DNA from: a virus
DNA length: 64,000 nucleotides
Virus record (IMG/VR): IMGVR_UViG_3300042991_000780
Location: 31,173 to 95,172 of that record
Strand: one strand, 5' to 3'
The notes below the pieces were generated by a model that had not been told where the DNA came from, did not search any database, and was given only the letters and a program-made list of their open reading frames with translations. Shown piece after piece: positions 48,312-59,525 of the stretch (positions are counted from its first letter, which is position 1; every line of letters begins with the position of its first letter). A program made the translations under genes and the position numbers.

Positions 48312-49064
48312 ATGAAAGTAAATAAAAATAATGTGCCATATTTTGCAGAAAAAGAAGAACAGGCTGTTATTGATTATATAAATTCTACATCACAGGAAGA
48401 AAAAAATAGAATTTATAATCAAATCCTGATCGAACCTTTCAGAAAAATGATACAATCCATTTTAAGACGTTATCCGATACATATCGGAAACTACGAAATG
48501 GATGAAGTTGAAGCAAATGCGTTGACTCATTTAATTGAGCACATGGTCAGGTTTAATCCGAATAAAATAACTAAATCCGGGAATAAAACTAAAGCGTTTA
48601 GTTACTGTCAAACAATTATTAGGAATTATTATAAGGATCACAGTAAAAAAAGTTATACTGAGAAAAAAATTAATTTATCGTTTGATGATTATATTGATGA
48701 AATTAATGAAAGTATCGAATATTCCTATGAAATAGAAACTGAAAGTCAAAATCGACTTGAAGAATTAATTAATTGTGTTGTAAAAAAAATAGAAACAAAA
48801 ATTGATGATGATCCCGTAATGAAAAAAAATGAAGTGGTTGTTGGTGATGCAATAATTAATGTTTTGAAAAATTGGCACATTTTATTCATGGAAAATACCC
48901 CGGAAGGAAAATACAATAAAAGAATAACTAATAAGTTTCAAAAGAATAAAATTTTGTTGTTTCTAAAAGAACAAACTGGTTTGTCAACAAAAGAAATAAG
49001 GATTGCAATAAAACCATTCAAAGAAATCTATTTCGTTGAAAAATCAGGCTATTTTGATGATTAA
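48312..49064 (+). CDS. Late-transcription sigma factor (T4 gp55-like)
   Basis: YF..KEEQAVIDY...RFNP...KAFSYCQTIIRNY (sigma region 2-like). Confidence 0.65.
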   Translation: MKVNKNNVPYFAEKEEQAVIDYINSTSQEEKNRIYNQILIEPFRKMIQSILRRYPIHIGNYEMDEVEANALTHLIEHMVRFNPNKITKSGNKTKAFSYCQTIIRNYYKDHSKKSYTEKKINLSFDDYIDEINESIEYSYEIETESQNRLEELINCVVKKIETKIDDDPVMKKNEVVVGDAIINVLKNWHILFMENTPEGKYNKRITNKFQKNKILLFLKEQTGLSTKEIRIAIKPFKEIYFVEKSGYFDD

Positions 49065-49109
49065 CGTAAAATAAATTAATGTGTATTTATAAGTACTAAA
49101 ACTATAAAA

Positions 49110-49499
49110 ATGCCAAGACCAACAAGAAGACAACTAAAATTCGATGAAGATAGTGTGAATAAACTTCTTCAGGAAATATATGATGAAAGTCATAATATTA
49201 AAGCAAAAATTGCCAGACTTTTTACTAAATGGGAATTAAAAGTAAAAGAAGGTGGTGAAATTCAGGCAATTGGTGATCAGATAGTTAAACTTATCTCAGC
49301 CGAAGCAAAAAACCAAGATCAGAAAATCATGCTTCTTAGATATTTAAAAGAAGTTGTATTTGATAACAAAACTGGCAACGGTGAAGTAAAAACAAACACT
49401 GATAAAGAAAGTGTTTCTGCTGACAGAAGAAGTGAACTATTAAGTATGGTTCAAAAAGAATTAGATAAAAAAGATCAGGAAAGAAGAGATAATAATTAA
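49110..49499 (+). CDS. Hypothetical late protein
   Basis: GTATTTAT at 49083-49090. Confidence 0.55.
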   Translation: MPRPTRRQLKFDEDSVNKLLQEIYDESHNIKAKIARLFTKWELKVKEGGEIQAIGDQIVKLISAEAKNQDQKIMLLRYLKEVVFDNKTGNGEVKTNTDKESVSADRRSELLSMVQKELDKKDQERRDNN

Positions 49500-50827
49500 T
49501 GAGTCTATTAGACAAAAAACAAGATATTTTTGACAAAATTGGAGCATTTACGTCAATGCAAAAATCAATTGCCGAACAGGGTAAGCAATTGAAATCCAGA
49601 GTTCAAAACACATTTTCCTCAATCAATAATAAGGATGATGTGATTGCTTTTTTGCTTGATGCTCTAAAAACCATTGCAGGTTCGGAAGCAATAAAACAAC
49701 AAGTAGGTGAATTATTAACAACCTTTCTTGATGGTGCTGAAGATGATGCAAAAGAATTTCTAAAAAAACAATTAATACAATACGATTCCGGCAAATCAAT
49801 AGACACAACACAATTTAGTTCTGGAATCACAGTACAGGCAAAAAGTATTGATTATGCAATGCAATTACCAATTCCACCAGATAGTGAAACAGGTAATTTA
49901 TTATATGGAGTACAAAACTCATATAATAGAAGTGCACATGATGCCATAGCAAATCCCGGAACTGATGTTGCTTACAACAATCTATATATCAATTATGATA
50001 TAAATTTAGATAGTTTTACCTTTAAACCAAAAATTGCAGTTAGTCCAGTACCAACAGTGGGTGAATGGCTTGGTAGTTATATTGATGATGCTGTTATTAT
50101 TGACAAAAAAGAATTCGTATCGAAAGTTATGGACAGCATATACGGCACAATATCAAAGAAACTAAATAAAAGCGTTGAACAAACATACGAAGAATTACAA
50201 GTCCAAAAATTAATTGAGCAATTAATGGAAGGTAATGATTCGTTTGTAATAAATCAATCTGATTTTGATGAGTTGTTAGAAAAAGCCAAACAACTGGTAG
50301 ATGGTGTCGTTTACTATGATTTGGGTTGCGGTTTAATGGCTGCTGAATTCCCATTTAGCGGAATGACAGACCTTATTTCAACAATATCTGGATCGACAGA
50401 TAGTTATGTTGTTGCAAATGCCATAGAAGGTACGATAAATGAAAGCACAAAAGATAATCAAGAAGCAACTGCTGAAAACAGACAAACAATACGTGATGGA
50501 TTTTTCAGTAGACTAATCAAGTTATTTACCGTCAAACTTATTGAAGCAATAACAACAGCACCACAAATTAGGACATTACTTGCAATAACAAGTGCAATAA
50601 AAAATGATGGCGTTGCTGTAATTGGAAAAATAACGGAAGATATGAAAAACTATAAAATCTTCATTCAGTGTATGATACAAGATTTAATCAGAATGATATC
50701 TGAATTTATATTTACCCTTGCTATCGGATATTTGATTGTGCTGTTAAAACCAATAATAAAAAAAATATATGAAGAAAAAATAAAACAATATGTTGAAATT
50801 GTTCAAAGCCTTACAATAAAAATTTAA
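49499..50827 (+). CDS. Hypothetical, probably structural protein
   Basis: Translationally coupled within the late operon. C-terminal hydrophobic helix. Confidence 0.5.
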   Translation: MSLLDKKQDIFDKIGAFTSMQKSIAEQGKQLKSRVQNTFSSINNKDDVIAFLLDALKTIAGSEAIKQQVGELLTTFLDGAEDDAKEFLKKQLIQYDSGKSIDTTQFSSGITVQAKSIDYAMQLPIPPDSETGNLLYGVQNSYNRSAHDAIANPGTDVAYNNLYINYDINLDSFTFKPKIAVSPVPTVGEWLGSYIDDAVIIDKKEFVSKVMDSIYGTISKKLNKSVEQTYEELQVQKLIEQLMEGNDSFVINQSDFDELLEKAKQLVDGVVYYDLGCGLMAAEFPFSGMTDLISTISGSTDSYVVANAIEGTINESTKDNQEATAENRQTIRDGFFSRLIKLFTVKLIEAITTAPQIRTLLAITSAIKNDGVAVIGKITEDMKNYKIFIQCMIQDLIRMISEFIFTLAIGYLIVLLKPIIKKIYEEKIKQYVEIVQSLTIKI

Positions 50828-50839
50828 TTACATAAAAAG

Positions 50840-51019
50840 ATGATAGTAGATCAGAAAGTAAACAAGCAATTTGTTGGAGCATACCTTATTGATGCTGGTG
50901 ACATCAATGGTATTCAACTCGCAACATGCACCAAACCAAATTGGTTCAGAAGATTAATGACCAGATGGTTTGTTGGTTGGAAATGGGTTAGCGTAAAACA
51001 ACTAAAAGCAATTAAGTAA
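50840..51019 (+). CDS. Small hypothetical protein, absent from the ORF track
   Basis: MIVDQKVNKQFVGAYLID...WKWVSVKQLKAIK, 59 aa, fills the gap in the operon. Confidence 0.55.
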   Translation: MIVDQKVNKQFVGAYLIDAGDINGIQLATCTKPNWFRRLMTRWFVGWKWVSVKQLKAIK

Positions 51020-51020
51020 T

Positions 51021-51428
51021 ATGGCACTTGATTATGGTGATATTAATGTAGTCATTAGTGGTTTTGATAAGGTATTAAAACTTTCTTCGATTGGCGGTCC
51101 GCCACCAATACCAACACCATTAATATTAGTTGGCGTTCCAAGAAGAACTGGATTATCGCCAACAAAAATAGCATCACGTATCATTGCCAGAAAAGGTGAA
51201 GCCGGATTGCCTGTTGGTGTTTTACCATCTGGTCAGGTAAGTCCAGACGAAATAATGGAACGAATTCGAATTGAAGAAATTATTAAAGCACTTCAACAAG
51301 ATGCCATTATTAGTGTGGCTATACCACCGGGAATCACACTTTCCGCAGCAGGTATTTCACCAACAGGTCCTGTTTCAGTATTTGGATCAACAATAACATA
51401 TTCAAAAGGTTACGGAGTTATACAGTAA
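51021..51428 (+). CDS. Hypothetical baseplate-region protein
   Basis: Pro/Gly-rich, in the operon upstream of the spike gene. Confidence 0.5.
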   Translation: MALDYGDINVVISGFDKVLKLSSIGGPPPIPTPLILVGVPRRTGLSPTKIASRIIARKGEAGLPVGVLPSGQVSPDEIMERIRIEEIIKALQQDAIISVAIPPGITLSAAGISPTGPVSVFGSTITYSKGYGVIQ

Positions 51429-51634
51429 TGGAAAATTTATCAGGATATACGCCAACTGAATTATTAAAAATGATCAATGATATGAAAGCAATGCATGATG
51501 TTTTAAAACAAGAAATCATTGATCACACATATCAAGTTGATGAACTTGAAGGAATAATCAATAATAAACTTGATGAATTAACATCATTGGAAAAAAATTA
51601 TATTGAATTGATTGAAGAATTAAATAAACGATAA
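51428..51634 (+). CDS. Small coiled-coil protein
   Basis: TAATG coupling on both sides. Confidence 0.55.
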   Translation: MENLSGYTPTELLKMINDMKAMHDVLKQEIIDHTYQVDELEGIINNKLDELTSLEKNYIELIEELNKR

Positions 51635-52524
51635 TGTCATTCGATAAACCGATAATACAAACAAGTGATCCCTACAAGAAGGCAGGTTCTGAGATTCTTG
51701 TTACCAGAACAATATACTATGGTGAGGTAATTTCAATTGATGACGATACTGATGGCGGGAAAATTAAAGTAAAAATTCCTGACTTGGATTCAAGAACAGG
51801 AAATGCTGATCTTCCTTGGTGTTATCCATTAATGCCAAAATTTTTCCATATTTATCCACAAATTGGTGAAATGGTTAGAGTTTTTATTGAGGATGTCAGA
51901 TATCCACAAAAAAGCAGATTCTGGCTTGGAAGCGTTATATCCCAACCACATAAAATAGGTTTTGACTCGATATTTACAGCACTTTCAACAACAAATGCCG
52001 GAATGGTAGCACCAGAACCTGCACCAGCAACATATCCTGATGCGGATGGTATTTATCCGCTAAAAACGGATGTTGCAATTATCGGAAAAGTTAATACTGA
52101 TGTTATTTTACGAATAAACGAAGTACATATTCGTGCCGGAAAACATGAAAATGATGATGTTTTAAAATTAAACATAAAAAATCCTGCACAAATAAGTCTT
52201 GTTTATGAACAAGAGAATGAAAAATCAGCATTTTACAGCAACACTGTAATAATGAGTGATAAAATTGCTTTAATTTCACATTCGGGTGAGCCAAAATTTA
52301 GAGCAGCAAGATTAACACCAGATGATAGAGCAAGGATTTTCGAAGAAGGTCATCCAATTGCAAGAGCAGACGTACTTGTTGAAGCATTAAATATAATGCG
52401 TAACGCAATAATTGCACATATTCATGGTTACTCAAATCTACCAGCAGACAAAAATGCCGTAATCAATGATTTAGAGAAAATTAACTTTGAAGGAATTTTA
52501 CAAAAAAACATTGTAACTAATTAA
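51634..52524 (+). CDS. Baseplate central spike (gp5/gpV OB-fold)
   Basis: GEVISIDD..DGGKIKVKIP...LPWC.P...PQIGE.V.V and C-terminal HIH. Confidence 0.75.
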   Translation: MSFDKPIIQTSDPYKKAGSEILVTRTIYYGEVISIDDDTDGGKIKVKIPDLDSRTGNADLPWCYPLMPKFFHIYPQIGEMVRVFIEDVRYPQKSRFWLGSVISQPHKIGFDSIFTALSTTNAGMVAPEPAPATYPDADGIYPLKTDVAIIGKVNTDVILRINEVHIRAGKHENDDVLKLNIKNPAQISLVYEQENEKSAFYSNTVIMSDKIALISHSGEPKFRAARLTPDDRARIFEEGHPIARADVLVEALNIMRNAIIAHIHGYSNLPADKNAVINDLEKINFEGILQKNIVTN

Positions 52525-52546
52525 TTTTTTTGTACTTTTGCTCTTT

Positions 52547-53341
52547 ATGACAAAAACACCATTTGATATTCCAAGTGAATTATTCACGTCATTTAACGAT
52601 ATTACATTTTATGATGAACCTCACAAATATTATATTGGTAAACAAGAATTAATTTCTGTCACAACAATCATACATCAATATCAAGAAGAATTTAACGAAG
52701 ATTATTGGTCAAACTATAAAGGCGAACAATTCAATATAAGTCAGAGAGAAATATTACGTGCATGGAAATTTATAAATGAGAAAGGAACAATCAAAGGTTC
52801 TGCCATCCACGATTATGCTGAAAATCTGTTTTTAAATAAAAAATACGAATATCCAAAACAAATTATCTTAGATAACTTTGGATTTGATCCTGTACATAAG
52901 GAATATGAAATAACAAAGAAACATGTTGATAAATTTCATAAAGACTCTCGCAATAAACTAATTCCAATAAGAACTGAGTTAATAATTTATGACCGGGAAT
53001 CGCTAATTGCCGGAATGCTTGACATGCTGTTTTGGAATATCAAGATGAAAGAATTTCAAATTTGGGATTGGAAGACAAATAAGGATTTTACATCTGAAAT
53101 GAAAAGCAGACATTTACTTAATGATTTATTTATGTTGGAAGATTGTGATTTAGAATTATATTCATTACAGTTGGAATTGTATAAATATATTATTGAAAAG
53201 AATACTCCGATTAAACTTGGTAAATCATATCTCGTCTGGTTTTCACACAATAATGATAATTATCAAATTATTGAAACAAAAGATAGAAAATATTATATCG
53301 ATTGTATTGTTAAAAACAGAATTGCACAATTAGCAGCATAA
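52547..53341 (+). CDS. PD-(D/E)XK exonuclease (Cas4/RecB-like)
   Basis: HKY...SVTT, GSAIH, E...IAGMLDML...DWKT, YSLQL..Y. TACTTTTG promoter element at 52533. Confidence 0.8.
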   Translation: MTKTPFDIPSELFTSFNDITFYDEPHKYYIGKQELISVTTIIHQYQEEFNEDYWSNYKGEQFNISQREILRAWKFINEKGTIKGSAIHDYAENLFLNKKYEYPKQIILDNFGFDPVHKEYEITKKHVDKFHKDSRNKLIPIRTELIIYDRESLIAGMLDMLFWNIKMKEFQIWDWKTNKDFTSEMKSRHLLNDLFMLEDCDLELYSLQLELYKYIIEKNTPIKLGKSYLVWFSHNNDNYQIIETKDRKYYIDCIVKNRIAQLAA

Positions 53342-53383
53342 TCAGCCAAAACTATCATTACACCCACTGTTTTGGCTAAAAAT

Positions 53384-53416
53384 AAAAAACTCGCACCATT
53401 GATGCGAGTTTCTTTT
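53384..53416. terminator. Bidirectional terminator between convergent genes
   Basis: AAACTCGCA/TGCGAGTTT stem with A and T runs. Confidence 0.75.
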
Positions 53417-53431
53417 CTTATCAAGTAAATA

Positions 53432-53923
53432 TTACAAGTTAAGAATACATCTCCAAGGCTGGATTTCAACAGTAATGTTGGTTAACTCATCATTACCGTA
53501 GTCACCTTCACCAAAGTCAATCGATACGATCTGACATTGCTCTAAGAACCATTTTTCAACTTCGATACCTGTTGGATCAAGTGCTTTCAAAAGAATATTC
53601 TTCTTATATCCTGCAGCGTAACCCATACGACCAGTAAGTGATTCAGCATGTAAACGAACCCACTCCATAAGTTGCTGTGACGTTGACGGACCGATTGGGT
53701 CAATAAACGTTACTGATAATGCATCCCAAGTATATCTACCTGCGACATAGTTTTGTTCATTCAAGAATGGAATCGGAACTGAATTTATTTTCATCGAAGG
53801 TCTTTTAAATTTCTGAACCTTCCAAACTTCAATACCTAATTCATCAGCAAATTCTGCGAAGAATCGGTTTACACGTTTTGGTTCATATTCGAATGGGACA
53901 CCCCTAATCATTTCATTTGCCAT
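53432..53923 (-). CDS. Tail tube protein (gp19-like)
   Basis: EPKR.NRF, GRYTW..LSVTF.DPI, LMEW, GYKK, LDPTG..VEKW. Confidence 0.85.
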   Translation of the reverse strand: MANEMIRGVPFEYEPKRVNRFFAEFADELGIEVWKVQKFKRPSMKINSVPIPFLNEQNYVAGRYTWDALSVTFIDPIGPSTSQQLMEWVRLHAESLTGRMGYAAGYKKNILLKALDPTGIEVEKWFLEQCQIVSIDFGEGDYGNDELTNITVEIQPWRCILNL

Positions 53924-53994
53924 TTTTTCTATTGTTTAAAGTATACTTTTTATTTTTTTGTTTATTATAAATACTTAGGTTATTGAAAACAAAT

Positions 53995-54264
53995 TTATTT
54001 TTTTTGATTTGTTAATTTATACATATCATGTTTGGATATTTTACCCATCCTTAATTGTCTTTTTAAATCAGCACCAGATACTCCGCCACAATCAATCTTT
54101 GGTGCTTGTGGTAATTCAACAGGTTTTTCTTCCTCTAAAATTTCTTCTTCCGGTGCTGGCGACAAAACAATCGAACAAATTTCTGCTGATTCATCAACTG
54201 GTGGGAATACAACAGGTTCTTTATTTTTTTTACCAAAAAAACTAAATATATTTTTTTTCATCAT
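53995..54264 (-). CDS. Hypothetical protein
   Basis: Own GTATTTAT motif at 54278-54285. Confidence 0.45.
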   Translation of the reverse strand: MMKKNIFSFFGKKNKEPVVFPPVDESAEICSIVLSPAPEEEILEEEKPVELPQAPKIDCGGVSGADLKRQLRMGKISKHDMYKLTNQKK

Positions 54265-54293
54265 ATTATAATTTATTATAAATACTTGAAAAT

Positions 54294-54323
54294 AAAAAAG
54301 ACCCGCATTTCTGCAGGTCTTTT
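54294..54323 (-). terminator. Terminator after tail sheath
   Basis: AAAAGACC/GGTCTTTT stem. Confidence 0.7.
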
Positions 54324-54341
54324 CATTAAAAAATCATAAAA

Positions 54342-57101
54342 TTATGCGCCAACATCGGCAAATGACGCACCCGATGGAGTAATTGTAAATGTAATGCCGA
54401 TAAATTCAACCGCTCTGGTTGGTTTCAAGAATATTTCGCCATACAATTCATTTCTATCACGAGTTTCAGGAGTATTGTTACTATCGTCCATCTTAATTCT
54501 GAATTCTGTCAAACCTCTTTCTCTCTTAATGTTATCAAGAATTGGGGTTGCTTTCTGTAAGAACTGGTCAATAGTTGCCTGATCGTTCTGTTCGAATACA
54601 AGTCTGATTGCAATATTTGCAATAAGAACTTTAATCTGAAGTAACAATCTACGTACATTTATTCTGTCAAGAGCACTTTCTTTCTTCTGAAGAGTCTTCT
54701 GTCCAAATATTGCTGTTCCTGCATCTGCAAAGTCAGCCATTGGATTGATTCTTGCAGCATAAAGTGTATCACGTGCTTCAAGACTTAATTTATATTTCGA
54801 TTTTCTTGCATCAGTTACGCCACGCTGTAAGCCAGCAGGAGCAAACCAAGGGAATTTAGTGTTATCAGTATATGCCATTGCTTTTACAACCTCACCAGTT
54901 GGTGGAATGTAAACATTAACATTATTCTGTGTATCCCTCATCTGAATCCAAGGATAATATGTACAAGCATAACTTGAATCAATTTCAGTGCTATCAAGTA
55001 GGTCAGCAATATCATTTGCAACAATCACATCAACCTTTTCTTCGCCAATTACCTGTGACATTGTAATGTCAGGAGAATCGATTACATAAAGTGTGTCTGT
55101 TCTTTGTGTTTCCATTATTTCGATAACGTCTTTAACCAAAACAGCGTTATCTGACCAGTTGATACCCGGAGTTGCAAATAAGTTAATCGTAACTTCTTCA
55201 GGATTATCATAAGTATGTGCTGCTGTTAACCATGCTTGGAAGTCATTCATTGGATTACCATTAGGATCAACACCGTCATAAATTCCATTTTTACGGAAGT
55301 TATCACCGAATGAACGTACAATTCTGTTAACATCCCAACCATCGAAACCACCTGCAGGTACAAATGTGAATTTTCTTGAGATTAATTCATAATATGTGTC
55401 TGTTGGATCAACAACATCATTAATTGTCTGGAATTTACCTGCACCAACTTCAAATGAGAAACCACCTGATGTAATGCCTGTTGCATCAACATCCATATGG
55501 AAACCTTTGGTATTTTCAAATCCTGAATATCCAAAGAAATTAAAGAAATTTTGGTTTATACCTGTTCCCTGAAGAACTTCAAGTCCGTCAGTATCATATG
55601 TACTATATCCTTTTTCAGATATTCCCAAATATACTTTTTTCTTTCTTTCACTATCCTGATATCTGGTTTTGTAATTGATTTGCGGTTTTATACCACCAAA
55701 TGCTGTAAAGTCTTTAAATGAATAGCCTTCAAAACCTGCTGGAAATACATCAAGTTCGATATCATCAGCCATTTCAACCATAACATATTTGCTCTGAAGA
55801 TCATATTCACCATCAGTTGTACCAATACGCTGTGCAATATAATTTGTATTGCCTTTAATCATCGAACATCTTGAAAATGTTTCAAGAATTGTTGTGTTAT
55901 CATCACTATCATTGAAATCACGAATAACAACATCAAATTCCAAAGTTGTTGGATTAATATTGGTAATACTGATTTTAATTTCTTGGTTTGCTGAATCACC
56001 ATCAGAAATACTTACAAATTTAAATAATCTGTCAACACTGCTACCTTTTATTTGTGATACAATCCAAGGAGTTTCAGGTGTTCTGAATGCAGCACCAGTT
56101 GTTTTGTATAATGTAAATGGTGTTGTATTACAATTAAGTAATATTGTATTAACACCATAACCATAACCCATTGCATCCAAATACTTAATTAAATCTGGAT
56201 ATGTTGCTTCAACCCAAATCAATGTGTTTTTATCTTTAGGTTTGTTACCAACAACGTTAGGTAAGAAACTGCTTGAGTTTGGATTTAACGATGCAGTATA
56301 TAAACCATTTGTTGCACCAGTATTTGTTGGAACAGCAACTAAATTAAACTGACCAAATAAATCACCAGCACCAATAATTGTTGAGTTTCCGGTCATTGTT
56401 AATGACAATGTGTCAAATGTTGTTGTTGACGGACTGTTAACATGATCAATGGTCGTTCCCCTGCTTCTAATAACTGCAAGTACCATACCTTCAAATTCAG
56501 TTAATGAAACACCACTATATAATGTAACAGTATCGGTAACAGTACCACCAGTACTACTTATTGATGTTACCACAAACTCATGCAAATAACCACTAAAATC
56601 TGTTGAAGGATATGCTGCTTTAGTAAGTCCACTAAATGTCGAACCAGTTTGACCAGTAGCAGTTAATGAAACGCCTAAATATGCACCACCCGTAAACACA
56701 ACACCAGTATTAATAACAGGTGGTACTGATGTATCAACACCTACTGTTTCTGGATCAACACCAGCACTTAATGTTATTGCCCATGCTGTACCAGCGTCAT
56801 ATCCCGATAAACCCAATACTCTTGTTACATATAGTTGATTTGATTCTTCAAGGTATGCGTTTGCAACATACGGTAATTGATATTTAAGACTTTTCTGTGA
56901 ATCCAAAAATCTTTCTGTGCTTTGACCACCAAATCTATTCAAGAATTCGGTTTGATCTTGAATAAAGATTGGTTCAAAAGCAGGTCCTTTTAATGTTTCA
57001 CCAACAAGACCCAATGTAGTAATACCTACGTTACGTGTTACAAAAGATAAATCACGTTCTTTAAATTTTACACCCGGAGAGGTAAATACGAATTCTGCCA
57101 T
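54342..57101 (-). CDS. Contractile tail sheath protein (gp18-like)
   Basis: SPGV..KE.D, YYPW, PWFAPAG..RG, GQKTLQ...SALDRINVRRLL, KPTRAVEFI. Confidence 0.95.
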   Translation of the reverse strand: MAEFVFTSPGVKFKERDLSFVTRNVGITTLGLVGETLKGPAFEPIFIQDQTEFLNRFGGQSTERFLDSQKSLKYQLPYVANAYLEESNQLYVTRVLGLSGYDAGTAWAITLSAGVDPETVGVDTSVPPVINTGVVFTGGAYLGVSLTATGQTGSTFSGLTKAAYPSTDFSGYLHEFVVTSISSTGGTVTDTVTLYSGVSLTEFEGMVLAVIRSRGTTIDHVNSPSTTTFDTLSLTMTGNSTIIGAGDLFGQFNLVAVPTNTGATNGLYTASLNPNSSSFLPNVVGNKPKDKNTLIWVEATYPDLIKYLDAMGYGYGVNTILLNCNTTPFTLYKTTGAAFRTPETPWIVSQIKGSSVDRLFKFVSISDGDSANQEIKISITNINPTTLEFDVVIRDFNDSDDNTTILETFSRCSMIKGNTNYIAQRIGTTDGEYDLQSKYVMVEMADDIELDVFPAGFEGYSFKDFTAFGGIKPQINYKTRYQDSERKKKVYLGISEKGYSTYDTDGLEVLQGTGINQNFFNFFGYSGFENTKGFHMDVDATGITSGGFSFEVGAGKFQTINDVVDPTDTYYELISRKFTFVPAGGFDGWDVNRIVRSFGDNFRKNGIYDGVDPNGNPMNDFQAWLTAAHTYDNPEEVTINLFATPGINWSDNAVLVKDVIEIMETQRTDTLYVIDSPDITMSQVIGEEKVDVIVANDIADLLDSTEIDSSYACTYYPWIQMRDTQNNVNVYIPPTGEVVKAMAYTDNTKFPWFAPAGLQRGVTDARKSKYKLSLEARDTLYAARINPMADFADAGTAIFGQKTLQKKESALDRINVRRLLLQIKVLIANIAIRLVFEQNDQATIDQFLQKATPILDNIKRERGLTEFRIKMDDSNNTPETRDRNELYGEIFLKPTRAVEFIGITFTITPSGASFADVGA

Positions 57102-57403
57102 TTTTTTTAATTATTTAAGTTTTTATTATTTTTTTTCAAATTTTATAAACGTTTTCTCGTTTTCAATAAATACTAAAAAAGATTTGAAAAGGCGATTTGA
57201 TATGATTATTATCTCACTGTCATTCTTGTCCATAAATTCAAATTTTAAACATTTTGAATTTTTTTTGGTCGGATTTTCCAAAATTCCAATTTTTTTGCAT
57301 GAAATTTCTGAAAAATTCATGCAAATTTTTTTTAAAAAAAATTGAAAATATTTTTCTATTTGTTATGATTTCTTCGTGTTAGTATTTATAAAAAAATGTT
57401 TTC

Positions 57404-59500
57404 ATGAATAAATCACAACGAATTAAGTTAGATATTAATAACGTTAATATTGATAAACACATAAAAGTAAAACTTGAACAGGATGTTGATACCATTGAAT
57501 TTTTAAGTATGAATATCAACGCCAAAGATGTGTATCGAGATTTTAATGCAGATTATGGCGTATTGGTTGGTAGAGTAACCGCTAACGGTGGTATTGGAAT
57601 ACCTAATGCAAGAATAAGTGTATTCATACCGCTTACCGATGAAGATGCCGGATTTGGTGAAACATATAGCATTTACCCGTATAAGACACCAAGAGATAAA
57701 AATCTTAGCGGAAAACGATATAATTTATTACCACGAGTTGGAAAAAGAGACCCCGTTACTGGCACAATATCACCAAAACAACCATTTGGATCGCTTCCAA
57801 TAAAAGAAGAAATTATAACCAATGAACCATACTTAAATATATATGGAAAATATTATAAACACACAGCATTAACAAATAATGCTGGTGATTATATGATATT
57901 TGGTGTTCCGATTGGTACACAAACTATTCATTTAAGTATTGATATTACAGACATTGGTGAATTCAGCATGACACCCGCAGCAATGGTTACTAACTTAGGA
58001 TATTCACCAAACTTATTTACAGATAATAACACCAAAATTAAGCCAAGTATTGACCTAAACGACCTTCCACATATTGAAACACAAGAAATTAGCGTTGATA
58101 TAATACCTTTTTGGGGTGATGCCGAAAATTTTGAAATTGGAATAACCCGTCAGGATTTTAGAGTTAGATCAGTATTACAAAATACTTTCATTATTTTTGG
58201 TGCTGCATATACTGATGGTGAGAATTCACAATGGGGTGATCATTATAGAGATGGGATGCAAATTATTGAAATGTATCATATTTCTGATGACGAAAATGAA
58301 AATCTTGGTATTGTTAGTAAAAGAATAGGTAAAATTACAGAAAGTATATATTATTATCCAAGTTCATTATCAGATGCTCAAATCTCAGGCGGAACACTTG
58401 ATGCACGAACAGCAATGATTAAATTATCACCAACAGAATATTCATCATATAAAAGAGATGGTGATTTTGTGTTTATTATTAACTGTAATAGAAAAAAGGT
58501 TATGACATCTGAAACTGGTGAGAAAATTAATGTTTCTGATGATTATCCGGGTGGTGTTTACACAGAATTTAAAGGAAGTTTAATTTTGGAATATACGAAA
58601 GATGAAGTTCCAATGAACTGGACACTATATCTTGATACATCCGGTACAAATAGAGGTAGACTTCTTCCGGTAAGAGAAAGATATAAATTTCCACAATCAG
58701 CAACAAAAGCACATTCATTCAGAAAAGAAGTGGACGAACAATCAGTAAACGACACACAGGAATGGAGAAGACAATATTACACATTTGAAGCAGGTAAATT
58801 ATATAGTATTGCTAAATTTCACGGTATTGTTGAAAACCGTGATGATGGTGAAGATGATCAAAACGTAGTAGAAGGTTTCTTAACTGGTGACTATATAAAC
58901 ACAACGGTTGGTGCAGCACTTGGTAACTTAGTTGGTATGATTCAAACAAATGATTATGGCACAACTGGAAATACAATATATGAAATGCCACATAATGCAA
59001 CTGGTGATGCAAGTAGAAGAGATATTTTTGTTGCAAACTGGATGAATTTTAGTGTATATTTCCCACAAATGGGAAACTTGGTTTCACATCTTAACAGAGT
59101 TAGATATATGCGATCAAACAGCCATTTTAGTCAGAATTTCAAAAATGACAGTTCTAATCATTTTTATCAAGATAATGCACAACCAATTATAGGTGGTGAT
59201 TTTAACACAAAATGGCTTGCACGTTCTGATTTAAACTGGACTGATTTCATCGAAGTGCCGGAAGAAGATATCAGAACAATTATATCAAATATTGGCGGGA
59301 AAAAAGGATTCACATCTGGTGATATTAGTGGTGGGTTACTTGGTGATTATAAAAACGGTCAAGACCCCTGCCCAATGAATGGCGGTAAAATAAATGGAAA
59401 TCCTGCAGAAATTGCTGATCCAGAAACATATTTCTTTCGTGGATTTGCTGGTTCTGATTGTATAAGTTATCTAATTGAATTAGGTATTGTTAATGAATAA
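57404..59500 (+). CDS. Virion structural protein
   Basis: GVLVGRV.ANGG.GIPNARISVF (carboxypeptidase-regulatory-like fold). GTATTTAT at 57382. Confidence 0.55.
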   Translation: MNKSQRIKLDINNVNIDKHIKVKLEQDVDTIEFLSMNINAKDVYRDFNADYGVLVGRVTANGGIGIPNARISVFIPLTDEDAGFGETYSIYPYKTPRDKNLSGKRYNLLPRVGKRDPVTGTISPKQPFGSLPIKEEIITNEPYLNIYGKYYKHTALTNNAGDYMIFGVPIGTQTIHLSIDITDIGEFSMTPAAMVTNLGYSPNLFTDNNTKIKPSIDLNDLPHIETQEISVDIIPFWGDAENFEIGITRQDFRVRSVLQNTFIIFGAAYTDGENSQWGDHYRDGMQIIEMYHISDDENENLGIVSKRIGKITESIYYYPSSLSDAQISGGTLDARTAMIKLSPTEYSSYKRDGDFVFIINCNRKKVMTSETGEKINVSDDYPGGVYTEFKGSLILEYTKDEVPMNWTLYLDTSGTNRGRLLPVRERYKFPQSATKAHSFRKEVDEQSVNDTQEWRRQYYTFEAGKLYSIAKFHGIVENRDDGEDDQNVVEGFLTGDYINTTVGAALGNLVGMIQTNDYGTTGNTIYEMPHNATGDASRRDIFVANWMNFSVYFPQMGNLVSHLNRVRYMRSNSHFSQNFKNDSSNHFYQDNAQPIIGGDFNTKWLARSDLNWTDFIEVPEEDIRTIISNIGGKKGFTSGDISGGLLGDYKNGQDPCPMNGGKINGNPAEIADPETYFFRGFAGSDCISYLIELGIVNE

Positions 59501-59523
59501 AAAAACCCCGATTATCGGGGTTT
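59499..59523. terminator. Bidirectional terminator
   Basis: AAACCCCGA/TCGGGGTTT stem between convergent genes. Confidence 0.8.
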
Positions 59524-59525
59524 CT

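Noticed and set aside
52547-53341. Cas4-like nuclease as a sign of a CRISPR-Cas system
   Set aside because: Solo PD-(D/E)XK exonucleases are common in phages, there are no Fe-S cysteine motifs, and no array or other cas genes are present.
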